Source: a virus. From it: a DNA stretch of 64,000 bases. The notes beneath the pieces are model-generated. The model saw only the letters and a list, made by a program, of their open reading frames with translations. It did no database searches and was not told the DNA's origin. Made by a program: the position numbers and the translations under genes. This document shows, one piece after another, positions 46,452-55,316 of this stretch (within the stretch, counting starts at the first letter, position 1; each line of letters begins with the position of its first letter). The stretch lies in IMG/VR virus record IMGVR_UViG_3300029288_000158; one strand, 5' to 3'.

Positions 46452-46501
46452 TTTAGTCTACAACATCTTCTTCCAGCTACTAAATAGTAGTTGGAGGAAG
46501 A

Positions 46502-47314
46502 TTGATGATATACGGTTTTATATATTTGACAAAAAATTTAGTTAACGGTAAGATTTATATTGGACAGCGGGTTTACAAAAACAATAATAGCGACAAAGAG
46601 TATCTTGGTTCGGGAAGTATTTTATCAAAAGCAATAAAGAAATATGGCAAAGAAAACTTTGAGCGGACGACATTGGAAGAGTGTGAGAACCAACAAAATT
46701 TAGACGACAGAGAAAAATATTACATTTCTGAATACAATTCAACCAATAAAGAAATAGGATATAATATTAGAAAAGGCGGTAGAGGTTATCAGTCGCATTC
46801 GCCAAAAACTTGTAATAAAATAAGTGAGGGGTTAAAACTTTATTTTTCAAATCCAGAAAACAGAAAGAAACAAAGTCGTCATGTCAGTGAAGAGACACGG
46901 AGAAAAATTGGCGAAGCTGGTAAAGGGCGGAAAAAGACTGAAGAAACTATTAGAAAACAACTTGAAACATTTTATAAAAATAGAGAAGCAGGAATACCAA
47001 TAGATCGATCTTTTGATACTCCGGAGTGGCGAGAAAAATTTAGAAACGCGCATGTTGGAAAAACACATCACACCGAATATATGACAAAAGAGTGGTTAAA
47101 AGAACAAAGCGAAAAACAAATAGCAATAGATAAACCGAAATATAAGATAGATGTTTGTAAAGATGGAGAAGTGTTGTCAGAAAATCTATCAGCAAGTTTG
47201 GTCATAAAAACATATAGATTTTCGGCTGGGTGGTTTCAAGATAAATTAAATAGAAGAACCGATGAGTTTGAATATCGCGGATATAAAATTGTAATAAAAC
47301 AAAGACCTAATTAA
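46502..47314 (+). CDS. GIY-YIG homing endonuclease with NUMOD-like C-terminal DNA-binding repeats
   Basis: IYGFIYLTKNLVNGKIYIGQ...YLGSG...NIRKGG and repeated S.ETRRKIGEA motifs. Confidence 0.85.
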   Translation: MMIYGFIYLTKNLVNGKIYIGQRVYKNNNSDKEYLGSGSILSKAIKKYGKENFERTTLEECENQQNLDDREKYYISEYNSTNKEIGYNIRKGGRGYQSHSPKTCNKISEGLKLYFSNPENRKKQSRHVSEETRRKIGEAGKGRKKTEETIRKQLETFYKNREAGIPIDRSFDTPEWREKFRNAHVGKTHHTEYMTKEWLKEQSEKQIAIDKPKYKIDVCKDGEVLSENLSASLVIKTYRFSAGWFQDKLNRRTDEFEYRGYKIVIKQRPN

Positions 47315-47732
47315 AATTTGTCCATTTTCTCATTTTCTCAGCTTGTTCGTATAAATGTTTTAATTGGCCCTGAAGTTGATTGATTTTTCCAAGAATTCCG
47401 TTCAGTCTATTAGGAATGATTCTGCAATTTTCTTCACAATAGTTTCCATTAGAATCAATCCTATCAATGCTTACGACTTCTCCAGCTTTTATAATCTTTT
47501 CTCTAATTTCTTTTCGCTCTATCCACCATGTTCTGAATTCATCAAATGACCAAATGACATGGATGTTCTTCTTCAAATAAATTCCAGAACGAACTCTTTG
47601 ATTCATTCCATTCCAATATCTTTTAATAATTTGTTCTTCGGTTAATGGTTTCTTTTGTTTCTGAGAGTTTAAGTAATTTCTTCCAATTTGTAAATCGTCG
47701 TCAATGTAATCCATAAAAGTATATAGAGGCAT
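47307..47732 (-). CDS. HNH homing endonuclease
   Basis: SIDRIDSNGNYCEENCRIIPNRLN core. Minus strand, convergent with the GIY-YIG gene and overlapping it by 8 nt. Confidence 0.7.
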   Translation of the reverse strand: MPLYTFMDYIDDDLQIGRNYLNSQKQKKPLTEEQIIKRYWNGMNQRVRSGIYLKKNIHVIWSFDEFRTWWIERKEIREKIIKAGEVVSIDRIDSNGNYCEENCRIIPNRLNGILGKINQLQGQLKHLYEQAEKMRKWTNFN

Positions 47733-47735
47733 AAA

Positions 47736-48068
47736 TTGATTTTTAACAAATGTAACCAGCTACATATTGAAGAGAACGATACAATCCACGACGAGTGTTA
47801 TGATTGCCCTTCGTGTGGAAGTAAATGTTATTCTTCGTGTGTAATGGAAAAAGTTACAACAAAATCCCCAATTTCTAATACTATCTCTATTGACTCTATC
47901 GGTCCAGATAAGATTATTTTTTGTAAGTGTGATTGTGGACATACGTGGCTTGAATTCTGGAAACCAAACCATCATCGTTCTTTAATTAGAGGAACCACGA
48001 TGAAGAATTATTTGGAATTTGGAGCTTTGAAGAATTTTGTTTTTGATGTCAACAAGTTTAAGGTTTAG
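47736..48068 (+). CDS. Cys-rich hypothetical protein; start uncertain
   Basis: Track ORF (TTG). An internal ATG is at 47841. Confidence 0.4.
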   Translation: MIFNKCNQLHIEENDTIHDECYDCPSCGSKCYSSCVMEKVTTKSPISNTISIDSIGPDKIIFCKCDCGHTWLEFWKPNHHRSLIRGTTMKNYLEFGALKNFVFDVNKFKV

Positions 48069-48082
48069 AAAAGGAGAACAGT

Positions 48083-48502
48083 ATGTATATTGAAGAAAAA
48101 GATTGGGAAATTGTCAAAAATAAATTCATTCTTACGATTACCTGCGATAAGAATGATGCCGATTATATCACTAAAAAGTCAGAGTTTGATGCTGTAAATT
48201 CGGAATACTTTAACGCTTCAATGTTTGTTGATGTTGTTAGAGTTATCAAAAAGCTAACGGGTGGGGAATTGGAAAAAACATATCAAAAGCTTACGGCAGA
48301 TGATATTGTTACTTTGTATAGCTTTGATACATATGGTCAAGATGAAGATTGGGTAGAAAAATATGTAAAGCCAATCGGGGAATATTCAATCGTGGATGAT
48401 GTTCGTGATTGGGATTCTATGGTCGCTGATTTGTTTCCAACCGACACAGAAACTTGTTGGGGTGAAAGTCGACAATTTAGAATTAGGGGTGTCATTCTGT
48501 AA
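48083..48502 (+). CDS. hypothetical protein
   Basis: SD AAAAGGAGAACAGTATG. Confidence 0.55.
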   Translation: MYIEEKDWEIVKNKFILTITCDKNDADYITKKSEFDAVNSEYFNASMFVDVVRVIKKLTGGELEKTYQKLTADDIVTLYSFDTYGQDEDWVEKYVKPIGEYSIVDDVRDWDSMVADLFPTDTETCWGESRQFRIRGVIL

Positions 48503-48557
48503 AGGAAATTGAATTGCTCTATATTGATTCTAACGGCATCTGTAGAAAGCTGGTGTG

Positions 48558-48941
48558 ATGATGAAAAACAAAGAAGGTAATTGCGTCGCTGTAGGAAAGT
48601 TGACAAGTTATGAAGAAAAACATGGTAATGCTCACTATGTTTTGACAATTGATTTGATTAGCGAAACCGAGGAAAGCAAAGACAATTTCGAAGCTTTGGG
48701 TGACCTTGGTTATGCAGATGTTGCTTGTCAATGTATAAAACAAAAAGAACCTCTTGAAATTAGTAACAAAGTAAAACTTGGAAAAATTGAAGATTATCTA
48801 CAGATTATTCTTTCTGATTCGGATGAAAAAAGAAAGAGAGCAAAAACAATCAAAAATAAAACTATGAAAGCTTCTGTAAAAATGTATGCAGAATTCTTTC
48901 ATATCACTGATGGCCGCAAAACCACTAAAAAGGAGAACTAA
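48558..48941 (+). CDS. hypothetical protein
   Basis: Track ORF. Its last codons carry the SD for infC. Confidence 0.5.
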   Translation: MMKNKEGNCVAVGKLTSYEEKHGNAHYVLTIDLISETEESKDNFEALGDLGYADVACQCIKQKEPLEISNKVKLGKIEDYLQIILSDSDEKRKRAKTIKNKTMKASVKMYAEFFHITDGRKTTKKEN

Positions 48942-48942
48942 A

Positions 48943-49455
48943 ATTTCTACTAACCTTGATACTATCCGCGTAAATGACGATATTCGTGTTCGTGAAATCC
49001 GTTTGATTGATGAAAATGGAAATCAGATTGGAATTGTTCCTACAACTTCCGCAAAACAGGAAGCCTCTTCATTGGGTCTTGACCTCGTTGAAATCAATCC
49101 AAATGCTCGTCCTCCTGTTTGTAAGATGATGAACTTTGGAAAATACAAGTTTGAACTAAAAAAGAAAGAAAAGGAAGCTAAGAGTCGTCAGAAGGTTGTT
49201 GAATTGAAGCAAATCAATTTCCACCCAAACACTCAATACCACGACTACACATATCGTCTGGAACAAGCCAAAGGATTCATCAAATCCGGAAACAAGGTTA
49301 AGGCTACTGTAACTTTCCGTGGTCGTGAAATGAATTTCCTTTCAAATGGAAAAGAGATTCTTGATAAGATGACTACTGATTTGAAAGAAGTTGCGACAGT
49401 TGAAGTAAACGAAATGGAAGGCAAACAAATGTTTGTCGTCTTCCGTCCGGTGTGA
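48943..49455 (+). CDS. infC: translation initiation factor IF-3 homolog with a non-canonical ATT start
   Basis: Collinear with bacterial IF3 (IRVREIRLIDENGNQIGIV..., GLDLVEINPNARPPVCKMMNFGKYK, ATVTFRGREM). No in-frame ATG or GTG near the N-terminus. AAGGAGA lies 7 nt before the ATT. Confidence 0.8.
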   Translation: MSTNLDTIRVNDDIRVREIRLIDENGNQIGIVPTTSAKQEASSLGLDLVEINPNARPPVCKMMNFGKYKFELKKKEKEAKSRQKVVELKQINFHPNTQYHDYTYRLEQAKGFIKSGNKVKATVTFRGREMNFLSNGKEILDKMTTDLKEVATVEVNEMEGKQMFVVFRPV

Positions 49456-49458
49456 TGT

Positions 49459-49623
49459 ATGAGAATAGTCATGATATTAGATTCTAATTGGGGAAGTATA
49501 AACCGAAGCAATAGACATATGGAGAATGAAATAATTTCTTGGTATAAGACCACACAACATACTTCAGGAAAGTTATATACGAAAAAATCAAATGCCCGAA
49601 TCAAGAAACGGTTCGGTCAATGA
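49459..49623 (+). CDS. small-protein superfamily member, type B (...ARIKKRFGQ)
   Basis: ATGA-coupled to the next gene. Confidence 0.45.
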   Translation: MRIVMILDSNWGSINRSNRHMENEIISWYKTTQHTSGKLYTKKSNARIKKRFGQ

Positions 49624-49850
49624 AAATTATCTTGAAATATGCCGGTGTAGATTCCAGGATTCCTTTTAGAAAACAAACAGGGAAAATATATTTAACGGAA
49701 GGGTATGATGACGTTGTAAAACTTTTTCGCAAAGATTTTTCAAAAGAATCTCGGGATTGTAAAGAAGAAGATATCTGGTGGAATATAACAAATGCTAGAT
49801 TTTATAAACGAATGAAAAGAGAATGGGTGTACGACTATATTGAAGATTAA
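49620..49850 (+). CDS. small-protein superfamily member (MKIILKY...WWNITNARFYKRMKREW)
   Basis: Track ORF. Paralog of 41192-41425. Confidence 0.55.
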   Translation: MKIILKYAGVDSRIPFRKQTGKIYLTEGYDDVVKLFRKDFSKESRDCKEEDIWWNITNARFYKRMKREWVYDYIED

Positions 49851-50007
49851 AACTTATATTTTTCAAGAAACTAAAGAATTTTATGGTAGTATAGCGCCAT
49901 CTCCAACCGGAGATAGTATTATTACTTTTGCAGATAACAATTCATATGTAGGAGCCTATCTTCCGTTAAACAAACGACGACTTAAAAAAGCATTCGGTAT
50001 AAAATGA
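49840..50007 (+). CDS. small-protein superfamily member, type B (TTG start, reads (M)KIKTYIF...RRLKKAFGIK)
   Basis: No ATG in frame. TTGAAGATTAAA mimics the family start ATGAAAATTAAA. ATGA-coupled downstream. Confidence 0.35.
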   Translation: MKIKTYIFQETKEFYGSIAPSPTGDSIITFADNNSYVGAYLPLNKRRLKKAFGIK

Positions 50008-50204
50008 AAATTAGAACAATAATAAACAACTACTGGCATTGTTATTATGTTATATGTCTAGAAACGAACAACCCCGATTTCCCGTTCGATAGGCTATTCG
50101 TATATAATCTATCATTCAACTACAAAAAATTTGGTTATTCTTACCGTCTAATCTCAATCATTGACGGAACCTGGCCAAACAGACCGAAGAAAAATCCAGC
50201 TTGA
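50004..50204 (+). CDS. small-protein superfamily member (MKIRTIINNYW...)
   Basis: Track ORF. Its stop is the TGA inside the -35 of the next promoter cassette. Confidence 0.5.
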   Translation: MKIRTIINNYWHCYYVICLETNNPDFPFDRLFVYNLSFNYKKFGYSYRLISIIDGTWPNRPKKNPA

Positions 50205-50231
50205 CTTTCGCCTCCGGCTTCTTTATATTCC
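50183..50231 (+). promoter_or_regulatory. conserved promoter cassette copy (-35 50201, -10 TATATT 50224)
   Basis: CCGAAGAAAAATCCAGCTTGACT. Confidence 0.65.
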
Positions 50232-50252
50232 TTAGTAATACGGAGGTTTAAT

Positions 50253-50582
50253 ATGATTTGTGATTTTTGTTACAAAGAACATTCTAATACTGTTTATCTA
50301 GACAAAGAAGTTTCAGATAAAAAGATTTGTCCAACATGTTCGGCTATATCTGATAGAGTTCAAATTAAAGATGGACTAAATCCTGGGTTGATTTTGAGTG
50401 AAGACAAAACATATATTACTAATAAATTTGGGTTTTTAAGAATTCCGGTAATAAACATTCCTGGAAAACCTAACTCATACAAATTTTATCTTGATGACGA
50501 ACCTCTCTACGAGTATTTGTTTGCTGTAAGAGACAACAAAGTAACCCGCTTTAGGTTTGTTCATAAGAAAGACAAACTATGA
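50253..50582 (+). CDS. zinc-ribbon protein (CDFC...CPTC)
   Basis: Track ORF. Confidence 0.55.
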   Translation: MICDFCYKEHSNTVYLDKEVSDKKICPTCSAISDRVQIKDGLNPGLILSEDKTYITNKFGFLRIPVINIPGKPNSYKFYLDDEPLYEYLFAVRDNKVTRFRFVHKKDKL

Positions 50583-50761
50583 TGAAATGGATAATGACAT
50601 TTTTCGGAGCATCTAATTTTGTTAATTTCATCGATCATTTTCTTTGGGGAATGTATACGATAGAAGTAGCAATACTTAGTTTTATCGCGGCTGTATTTTG
50701 TTTTGTTTACGTTTGGAGACAACTTTTAATTGAAGAGGATACAGAAAATGAAGCCATCTGA
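50579..50761 (+). CDS. small membrane protein
   Basis: Track ORF. Confidence 0.45.
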   Translation: MMKWIMTFFGASNFVNFIDHFLWGMYTIEVAILSFIAAVFCFVYVWRQLLIEEDTENEAI

Positions 50762-51089
50762 TATTGTTCGCCGATTTGTTTCGATCTATAACAGAACAAT
50801 CACTGAACAAAATGTGAAAGACTACATTTACAACCCCGAAACAAATGTAAAAGATTTGTTGGAACTTGTAGATGATGTTATTACAGCCAACGTGATTACA
50901 AGAGATAAAGAAAAAGCATTTTGTTTGTTTCATTTGGTGACGGCTCTTCGCAACAGAAATCAAATTCCTATTTATCGTTGGCCAGCGGATGGTAGCCGTA
51001 AGAAGATTTTGAATCTGTCGGATTGGTGTGACGATTTGTGCAAAACATTTTATAAAAATCTTTCTAATGAAGTGAGGAATTTGATTTGA
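50748..51089 (+). CDS. hypothetical protein
   Basis: ATG at 50748. Confidence 0.5.
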   Translation: MKPSDIVRRFVSIYNRTITEQNVKDYIYNPETNVKDLLELVDDVITANVITRDKEKAFCLFHLVTALRNRNQIPIYRWPADGSRKKILNLSDWCDDLCKTFYKNLSNEVRNLI

Positions 51090-51271
51090 AGATTAAACTG
51101 TTTTGGAATGTTGGTTTGTTCATGATGGATAACAGAACTGAATTGTTTTCGGTCGAGAATGCTAAAGAATCAAACTTTACATTCACAAGAATTAGGAATA
51201 ATATTTGTATAGCTGTTCCGGGCCGTTATGAAGCATACATAGACGGGAAAACGTTTGAAGATGAAGATTAA
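51086..51271 (+). CDS. small-protein family member (MKIKLFWNVG...TELFSVENAKE), tandem paralog 1
   Basis: Paralog of the next gene. Confidence 0.55.
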   Translation: MKIKLFWNVGLFMMDNRTELFSVENAKESNFTFTRIRNNICIAVPGRYEAYIDGKTFEDED

Positions 51272-51461
51272 AATGGCGTGGAATGCCGTAGGCGATGGGC
51301 TTTTCAGTTTTGACAATGAAACTGAATTGTTTTCTGTAGAACGAGCAAAAGAACGGAAATTTTATTTTTCTAAAATTAGAAGAAATATATGCGTTGCTGT
51401 GAGAAATAAAAATCGTAATGTCAAAACTTATTACACAAACCCAACATCATTTGAACTATAA
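51261..51461 (+). CDS. small-protein family member (MKIKMAWNAVG...TELFSVERAKE), tandem paralog 2
   Basis: Paralog of the previous gene. Confidence 0.55.
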   Translation: MKIKMAWNAVGDGLFSFDNETELFSVERAKERKFYFSKIRRNICVAVRNKNRNVKTYYTNPTSFEL

Positions 51462-51822
51462 CGAATTCTTACATTTGCTAAAACTTGATGAGCCTTACAT
51501 TTCATTCCGTCCTCGCGTTATTTGCCAGGACGGTTTTTCTGTTTCTATTCAAGCGGGGTTTGGGAATTATTGCTACCCAAGAGACTTTTCAGGAAATTAT
51601 TCACAAGTAGAATTAGGTTACCCATCAGACACTGTTTACAGTTGGCTACCTTATATGGAAGGTGATTTGGAATTCACCAATCCTACCGACACAGTTTACG
51701 CATATGTTCCAACAGTTTTAGTTTATTCCGAATTGATAAAACATGGAACTCTTTCACTAAACCAAGAAACTCAATTTAGGTATGTTCAGGAAAACTTAAG
51801 ACACGTTTATGATAATTTCTAA
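51418..51822 (+). CDS. hypothetical protein
   Basis: Track ORF. Confidence 0.5.
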   Translation: MSKLITQTQHHLNYNEFLHLLKLDEPYISFRPRVICQDGFSVSIQAGFGNYCYPRDFSGNYSQVELGYPSDTVYSWLPYMEGDLEFTNPTDTVYAYVPTVLVYSELIKHGTLSLNQETQFRYVQENLRHVYDNF

Positions 51823-51844
51823 AGTTAATTTCAAATCTTAGAAA

Positions 51845-51883
51845 CATTTCGCTTGACTTGGAAAAAATAATAGGCTATCTTAA
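51845..51883 (+). promoter_or_regulatory. sigma70-like promoter (TTGACT 51853, N17, TATCTT)
   Basis: Hexamers. Confidence 0.5.
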
Positions 51884-51923
51884 GAGAAGCCAATAACGGC
51901 GTCACTTTTGAAAGGAAATAAAA

Positions 51924-52430
51924 ATGGTCATCGTCAATGTCGAAGAGCGCAAGTTCATTGTTCGTTTTCAGTATAGTCCCGCTGGGGTGTCTAAGTATTC
52001 TCTCAGGAAGGCAGTTAGGCTGCTTGAATTGGATTTTATCAATGGAGATTTCTCGTTTAACCGAGCAATGGCTATCATTGACGGAGTTAAGGTTCCTGCA
52101 AAGAATCCTAAAACTCAGGAGAAGTTTCATCGTCGTAAGACCACTTGTGTTATCCAGGAAGAGATTGATAACGACAAGACCAATATGGAAACGGTCGCAA
52201 TTTCGTATGCTATAAATGATTCTCAGGAACCATTCACGAAGAACTACGGTCGCACTCTCGCATACAAGAAGGCGGTTGTTGAAGCAATTTCCAAGGCAAA
52301 GCTTTCGGAAGATGATATCAAGTCTTTTGAACTTGCTTGGAAGACGCAGATGTCGAAGAGTGCTGACATGTGGGACTCGATTGATTTGGATGCTATTAAA
52401 CTCGAACACGAAGCGAGTGTTGAGGTTTAA
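51924..52430 (+). CDS. hypothetical protein (GC-richer codon usage)
   Basis: SD AAAGGAAATAAAAATG. Confidence 0.6.
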   Translation: MVIVNVEERKFIVRFQYSPAGVSKYSLRKAVRLLELDFINGDFSFNRAMAIIDGVKVPAKNPKTQEKFHRRKTTCVIQEEIDNDKTNMETVAISYAINDSQEPFTKNYGRTLAYKKAVVEAISKAKLSEDDIKSFELAWKTQMSKSADMWDSIDLDAIKLEHEASVEV

Positions 52431-52710
52431 GATAAAAGAAGATGACGAAGTTGTCGCAGAGTTTGAAACGCTCTGCGGCGCTTTTTCGTTTCAAAAAAGA
52501 CAAACTCGCCTTTTGAAAATTAAGAAAGAACTTGATAGAATTGAGAGAAACAAACTTTCGGAATTTTTGAGAAATATCAAACCTGAAAACAAACAACATA
52601 GAGAATATTTAATAGTTTGGTTTGAATCAAAAAGGCAAAAATGGAAACAGAGAATTTTAGATTTATATGTTTATGAAGGAAATGTTGAATGGGAACAAGA
52701 AGCACGATAG
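52420..52710 (+). CDS. hypothetical protein; putative TTG start
   Basis: Protein-like frame after the stop of the 51924 gene. No ATG present. Confidence 0.3.
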   Translation: MRFKIKEDDEVVAEFETLCGAFSFQKRQTRLLKIKKELDRIERNKLSEFLRNIKPENKQHREYLIVWFESKRQKWKQRILDLYVYEGNVEWEQEAR

Positions 52711-53099
52711 CGTATTATGAAAATGGAGAAATCTTTCAAGTCTATTGTCATTGGGATGGATACTTATCAGGAAATGGCAAAACATTAGTTACAAACTACA
52801 ACTCACTTGAAAAAATAAAAGAATTGTTTTCTTACGGTGATATGTCATCTTTGGATAATACAATTGATGAATGTCAATTTTACGCAAGCGATAGAAACGA
52901 ACCTTTAGAAAAACCAAGAGTTGTGAAAAAAGAAGTTAGTAAAATAAATGAAATTTCGCTAGATGATTTACCAGACAGACAAGAATATGATTATTTGTTC
53001 TTTGATGGAAAATGGTTTTGGTTTCTAACAGATGATGATTGTGAAAACGGAAAATGGACATATCTTTCAACAAACATAATTAACGCAATAGAAGGATAA
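52689..53099 (+). CDS. hypothetical protein
   Basis: Track ORF. Confidence 0.5.
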   Translation: MGTRSTIAYYENGEIFQVYCHWDGYLSGNGKTLVTNYNSLEKIKELFSYGDMSSLDNTIDECQFYASDRNEPLEKPRVVKKEVSKINEISLDDLPDRQEYDYLFFDGKWFWFLTDDDCENGKWTYLSTNIINAIEG

Positions 53100-53104
53100 C
53101 AAAA

Positions 53105-55036
53105 ATGATTCTAAACCAAGCACCAAAACAGAATGTCATTTCTTCTTGTGTTAGTTCTCAGAAGCTTCGTATTTCTTCTGATGAACTCGATCAGGCTATT
53201 CTTGTCGATCTTCAGATTTCCAAACTCTACCGAAACAAAATCCGAGCAGTTGTCCAGGAATACATTTCGAACGCGCGAGATGCTAACGTAGAAGCTGGAA
53301 AGAAAGATTGTCAAATTTCTATTCACGTTCCAAAGCCTTCCGAACCTTGGTTTTCGGTTTCGGATGTTGGTCTTGGAATGAGTCCGGAAATTGTTGATAA
53401 GTATCTTTGTCAAACTGGGGCAAGTTCCAAGAGAAACACTAACGATTCTATTGGTTCTTTTGGACTTGGCGCTAAGTGTGGATTCGCATACATCAAGGAG
53501 CGTAAGACTCAGTTTAACATTACTACGGTTTCTGATGGAATAAAGCATTTCTACATTTGCCACTATGATGAATTTGGATTTCCTAATGTTTCTCTTTTGT
53601 CTTCCGAACCAAGCAACGATATTGGGACAGAAGTTAAAATTCCTGTAGATAATGGAGATGTTGGTAGTTTTACCCATGAACTTCAGAGGATTCTTTCTTT
53701 TTGGGTAGACAAATATCCTTTTGAAACTTCAAGTAATATTGATTTGAAAATTCCAGAAGTCTTTTATGATTGTGATGGTTATACAATTTATAAAGGTCGT
53801 TTTGGATTTCAATCAAATTATGGAAATGATTTTATTTCTATCGCAGGGATTCCTTACGACCGATGTTCAACATTTGATTCGTTCACAATCGTAGGAAAGA
53901 TGCCGATTGGTGTCCTTGATATTGTTCCTTCCCGTGAATTTTTGGAAGAAACCAAAAATAACGACGAACATATCAATCCTATCTTTGATTCGGCTAAAAA
54001 GTATATCATTGAACATTTCCAAAAGCTTGTTGATGGAATGAAGAATGAATTGGAAGTTTGGTTGGCGTTTCAGTCAAAGAAGATTCCAAACGAACTTTGT
54101 AAGCATTTGAAATATAAGAATGAACCGATTGATTTTGGTTCTATTTGTAAAAGGCTACCTGGATTTTATTCAAGTCAAATTGATTTTGCTTCGGAAATTA
54201 AATTCATTCACAACAATTCATGTCTAAGGTTTGAAAATGACCAGAGATATCGTATTCGTAGCATTCTCAATACAAATAATTACATTGTCTACTATGATGC
54301 TGATGAACTTAAGGGGTGGAGAAAGAATCAAAACTATTTTGAAACTTGGAATTCCTTCTCCAAGAATCTTCGTGAACAGATTCTACAAAAAGCTATTGTT
54401 TATTCTACTCTTAAGACTCCTAGAGCTAAGAGAGATAAGACAGACAAACCGTCTTGCTGGAAACTTGAATCGGAACGTTGGGTCGCACAATTTGAAGATA
54501 TTTCAACTATTTCTGGAACTTGGTTTGTTGGGGCTAATCTCAAACCAGTTGATGAAAAAGTCATGAAGATTTTCTCAAAGGTTAAAGCCGATTGGAGCAG
54601 TCAAATTGTTTCGGGTGATATTTACATGATTCCTAAGCGAAATGTAAAACTTGCCGAAGCTAACAAAGACCTTCGGGATATTTTTGAAGTCGCCAAAGAA
54701 AACATCTTGAAAGAAGAATCGATCAAGAAGATTTATTCCTTCTACATTAAGACGACGTTTGGAGACTCGGCTATTCATCTTTGGAGGAACCCTGGAGAAA
54801 TTAAAGATGAAGTTCTCAAGGAAGTTCTGAACAAAGGACTAATTAAAGACCACGGTTGGCGACAAGATTTCCAACACGGTTCAAATCACGAGTTTTATGC
54901 GAAGTTGTTCGGAAAGAAATTCATGACGCCTGACATTGAACACGTTCTTGAGAAATATGATATTTGTTCCAGGTTTACAAACGCACATGAAAACAACATG
55001 ATGGAACTTGTTAAATTTGTAGGAGATAGAAAATGA
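53105..55036 (+). CDS. Hsp90/HtpG-like GHKL ATPase
   Basis: LYRNKIRAVVQEYISNARDA (N box), VSDVGLGMS (G1), LCQTGASSK, IGSFGLGAKCGFAY (G2). Length 643 aa matches HtpG. Confidence 0.75.
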   Translation: MILNQAPKQNVISSCVSSQKLRISSDELDQAILVDLQISKLYRNKIRAVVQEYISNARDANVEAGKKDCQISIHVPKPSEPWFSVSDVGLGMSPEIVDKYLCQTGASSKRNTNDSIGSFGLGAKCGFAYIKERKTQFNITTVSDGIKHFYICHYDEFGFPNVSLLSSEPSNDIGTEVKIPVDNGDVGSFTHELQRILSFWVDKYPFETSSNIDLKIPEVFYDCDGYTIYKGRFGFQSNYGNDFISIAGIPYDRCSTFDSFTIVGKMPIGVLDIVPSREFLEETKNNDEHINPIFDSAKKYIIEHFQKLVDGMKNELEVWLAFQSKKIPNELCKHLKYKNEPIDFGSICKRLPGFYSSQIDFASEIKFIHNNSCLRFENDQRYRIRSILNTNNYIVYYDADELKGWRKNQNYFETWNSFSKNLREQILQKAIVYSTLKTPRAKRDKTDKPSCWKLESERWVAQFEDISTISGTWFVGANLKPVDEKVMKIFSKVKADWSSQIVSGDIYMIPKRNVKLAEANKDLRDIFEVAKENILKEESIKKIYSFYIKTTFGDSAIHLWRNPGEIKDEVLKEVLNKGLIKDHGWRQDFQHGSNHEFYAKLFGKKFMTPDIEHVLEKYDICSRFTNAHENNMMELVKFVGDRK

Positions 55037-55314
55037 ACAACCAACGAAGTTTGTTTTACATTTCCGCAAAGACAACTAATAATGAAACCGTGTTCTTTGT
55101 TCACGATTCAAATTATGGAGAAGTAATAATCGGTTTCACAACGGAATTTGGTTTAGCCAAGATTGAATCGGAAACATATATGAAACGAGAAGTTACAAGA
55201 ATCAAGAAAGCTGTTAAATTTCAATTCGGTTCTTCAAGATTTTCTAAAGAAATCTTCATCAATCTTGATTCTGTCAAACTACACGAAGTCAAAATAATCC
55301 ACGAGGAAACTTAA
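55033..55314 (+). CDS. hypothetical protein
   Basis: Track ORF. Confidence 0.5.
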   Translation: MNNQRSLFYISAKTTNNETVFFVHDSNYGEVIIGFTTEFGLAKIESETYMKREVTRIKKAVKFQFGSSRFSKEIFINLDSVKLHEVKIIHEET

Positions 55315-55316
55315 AA

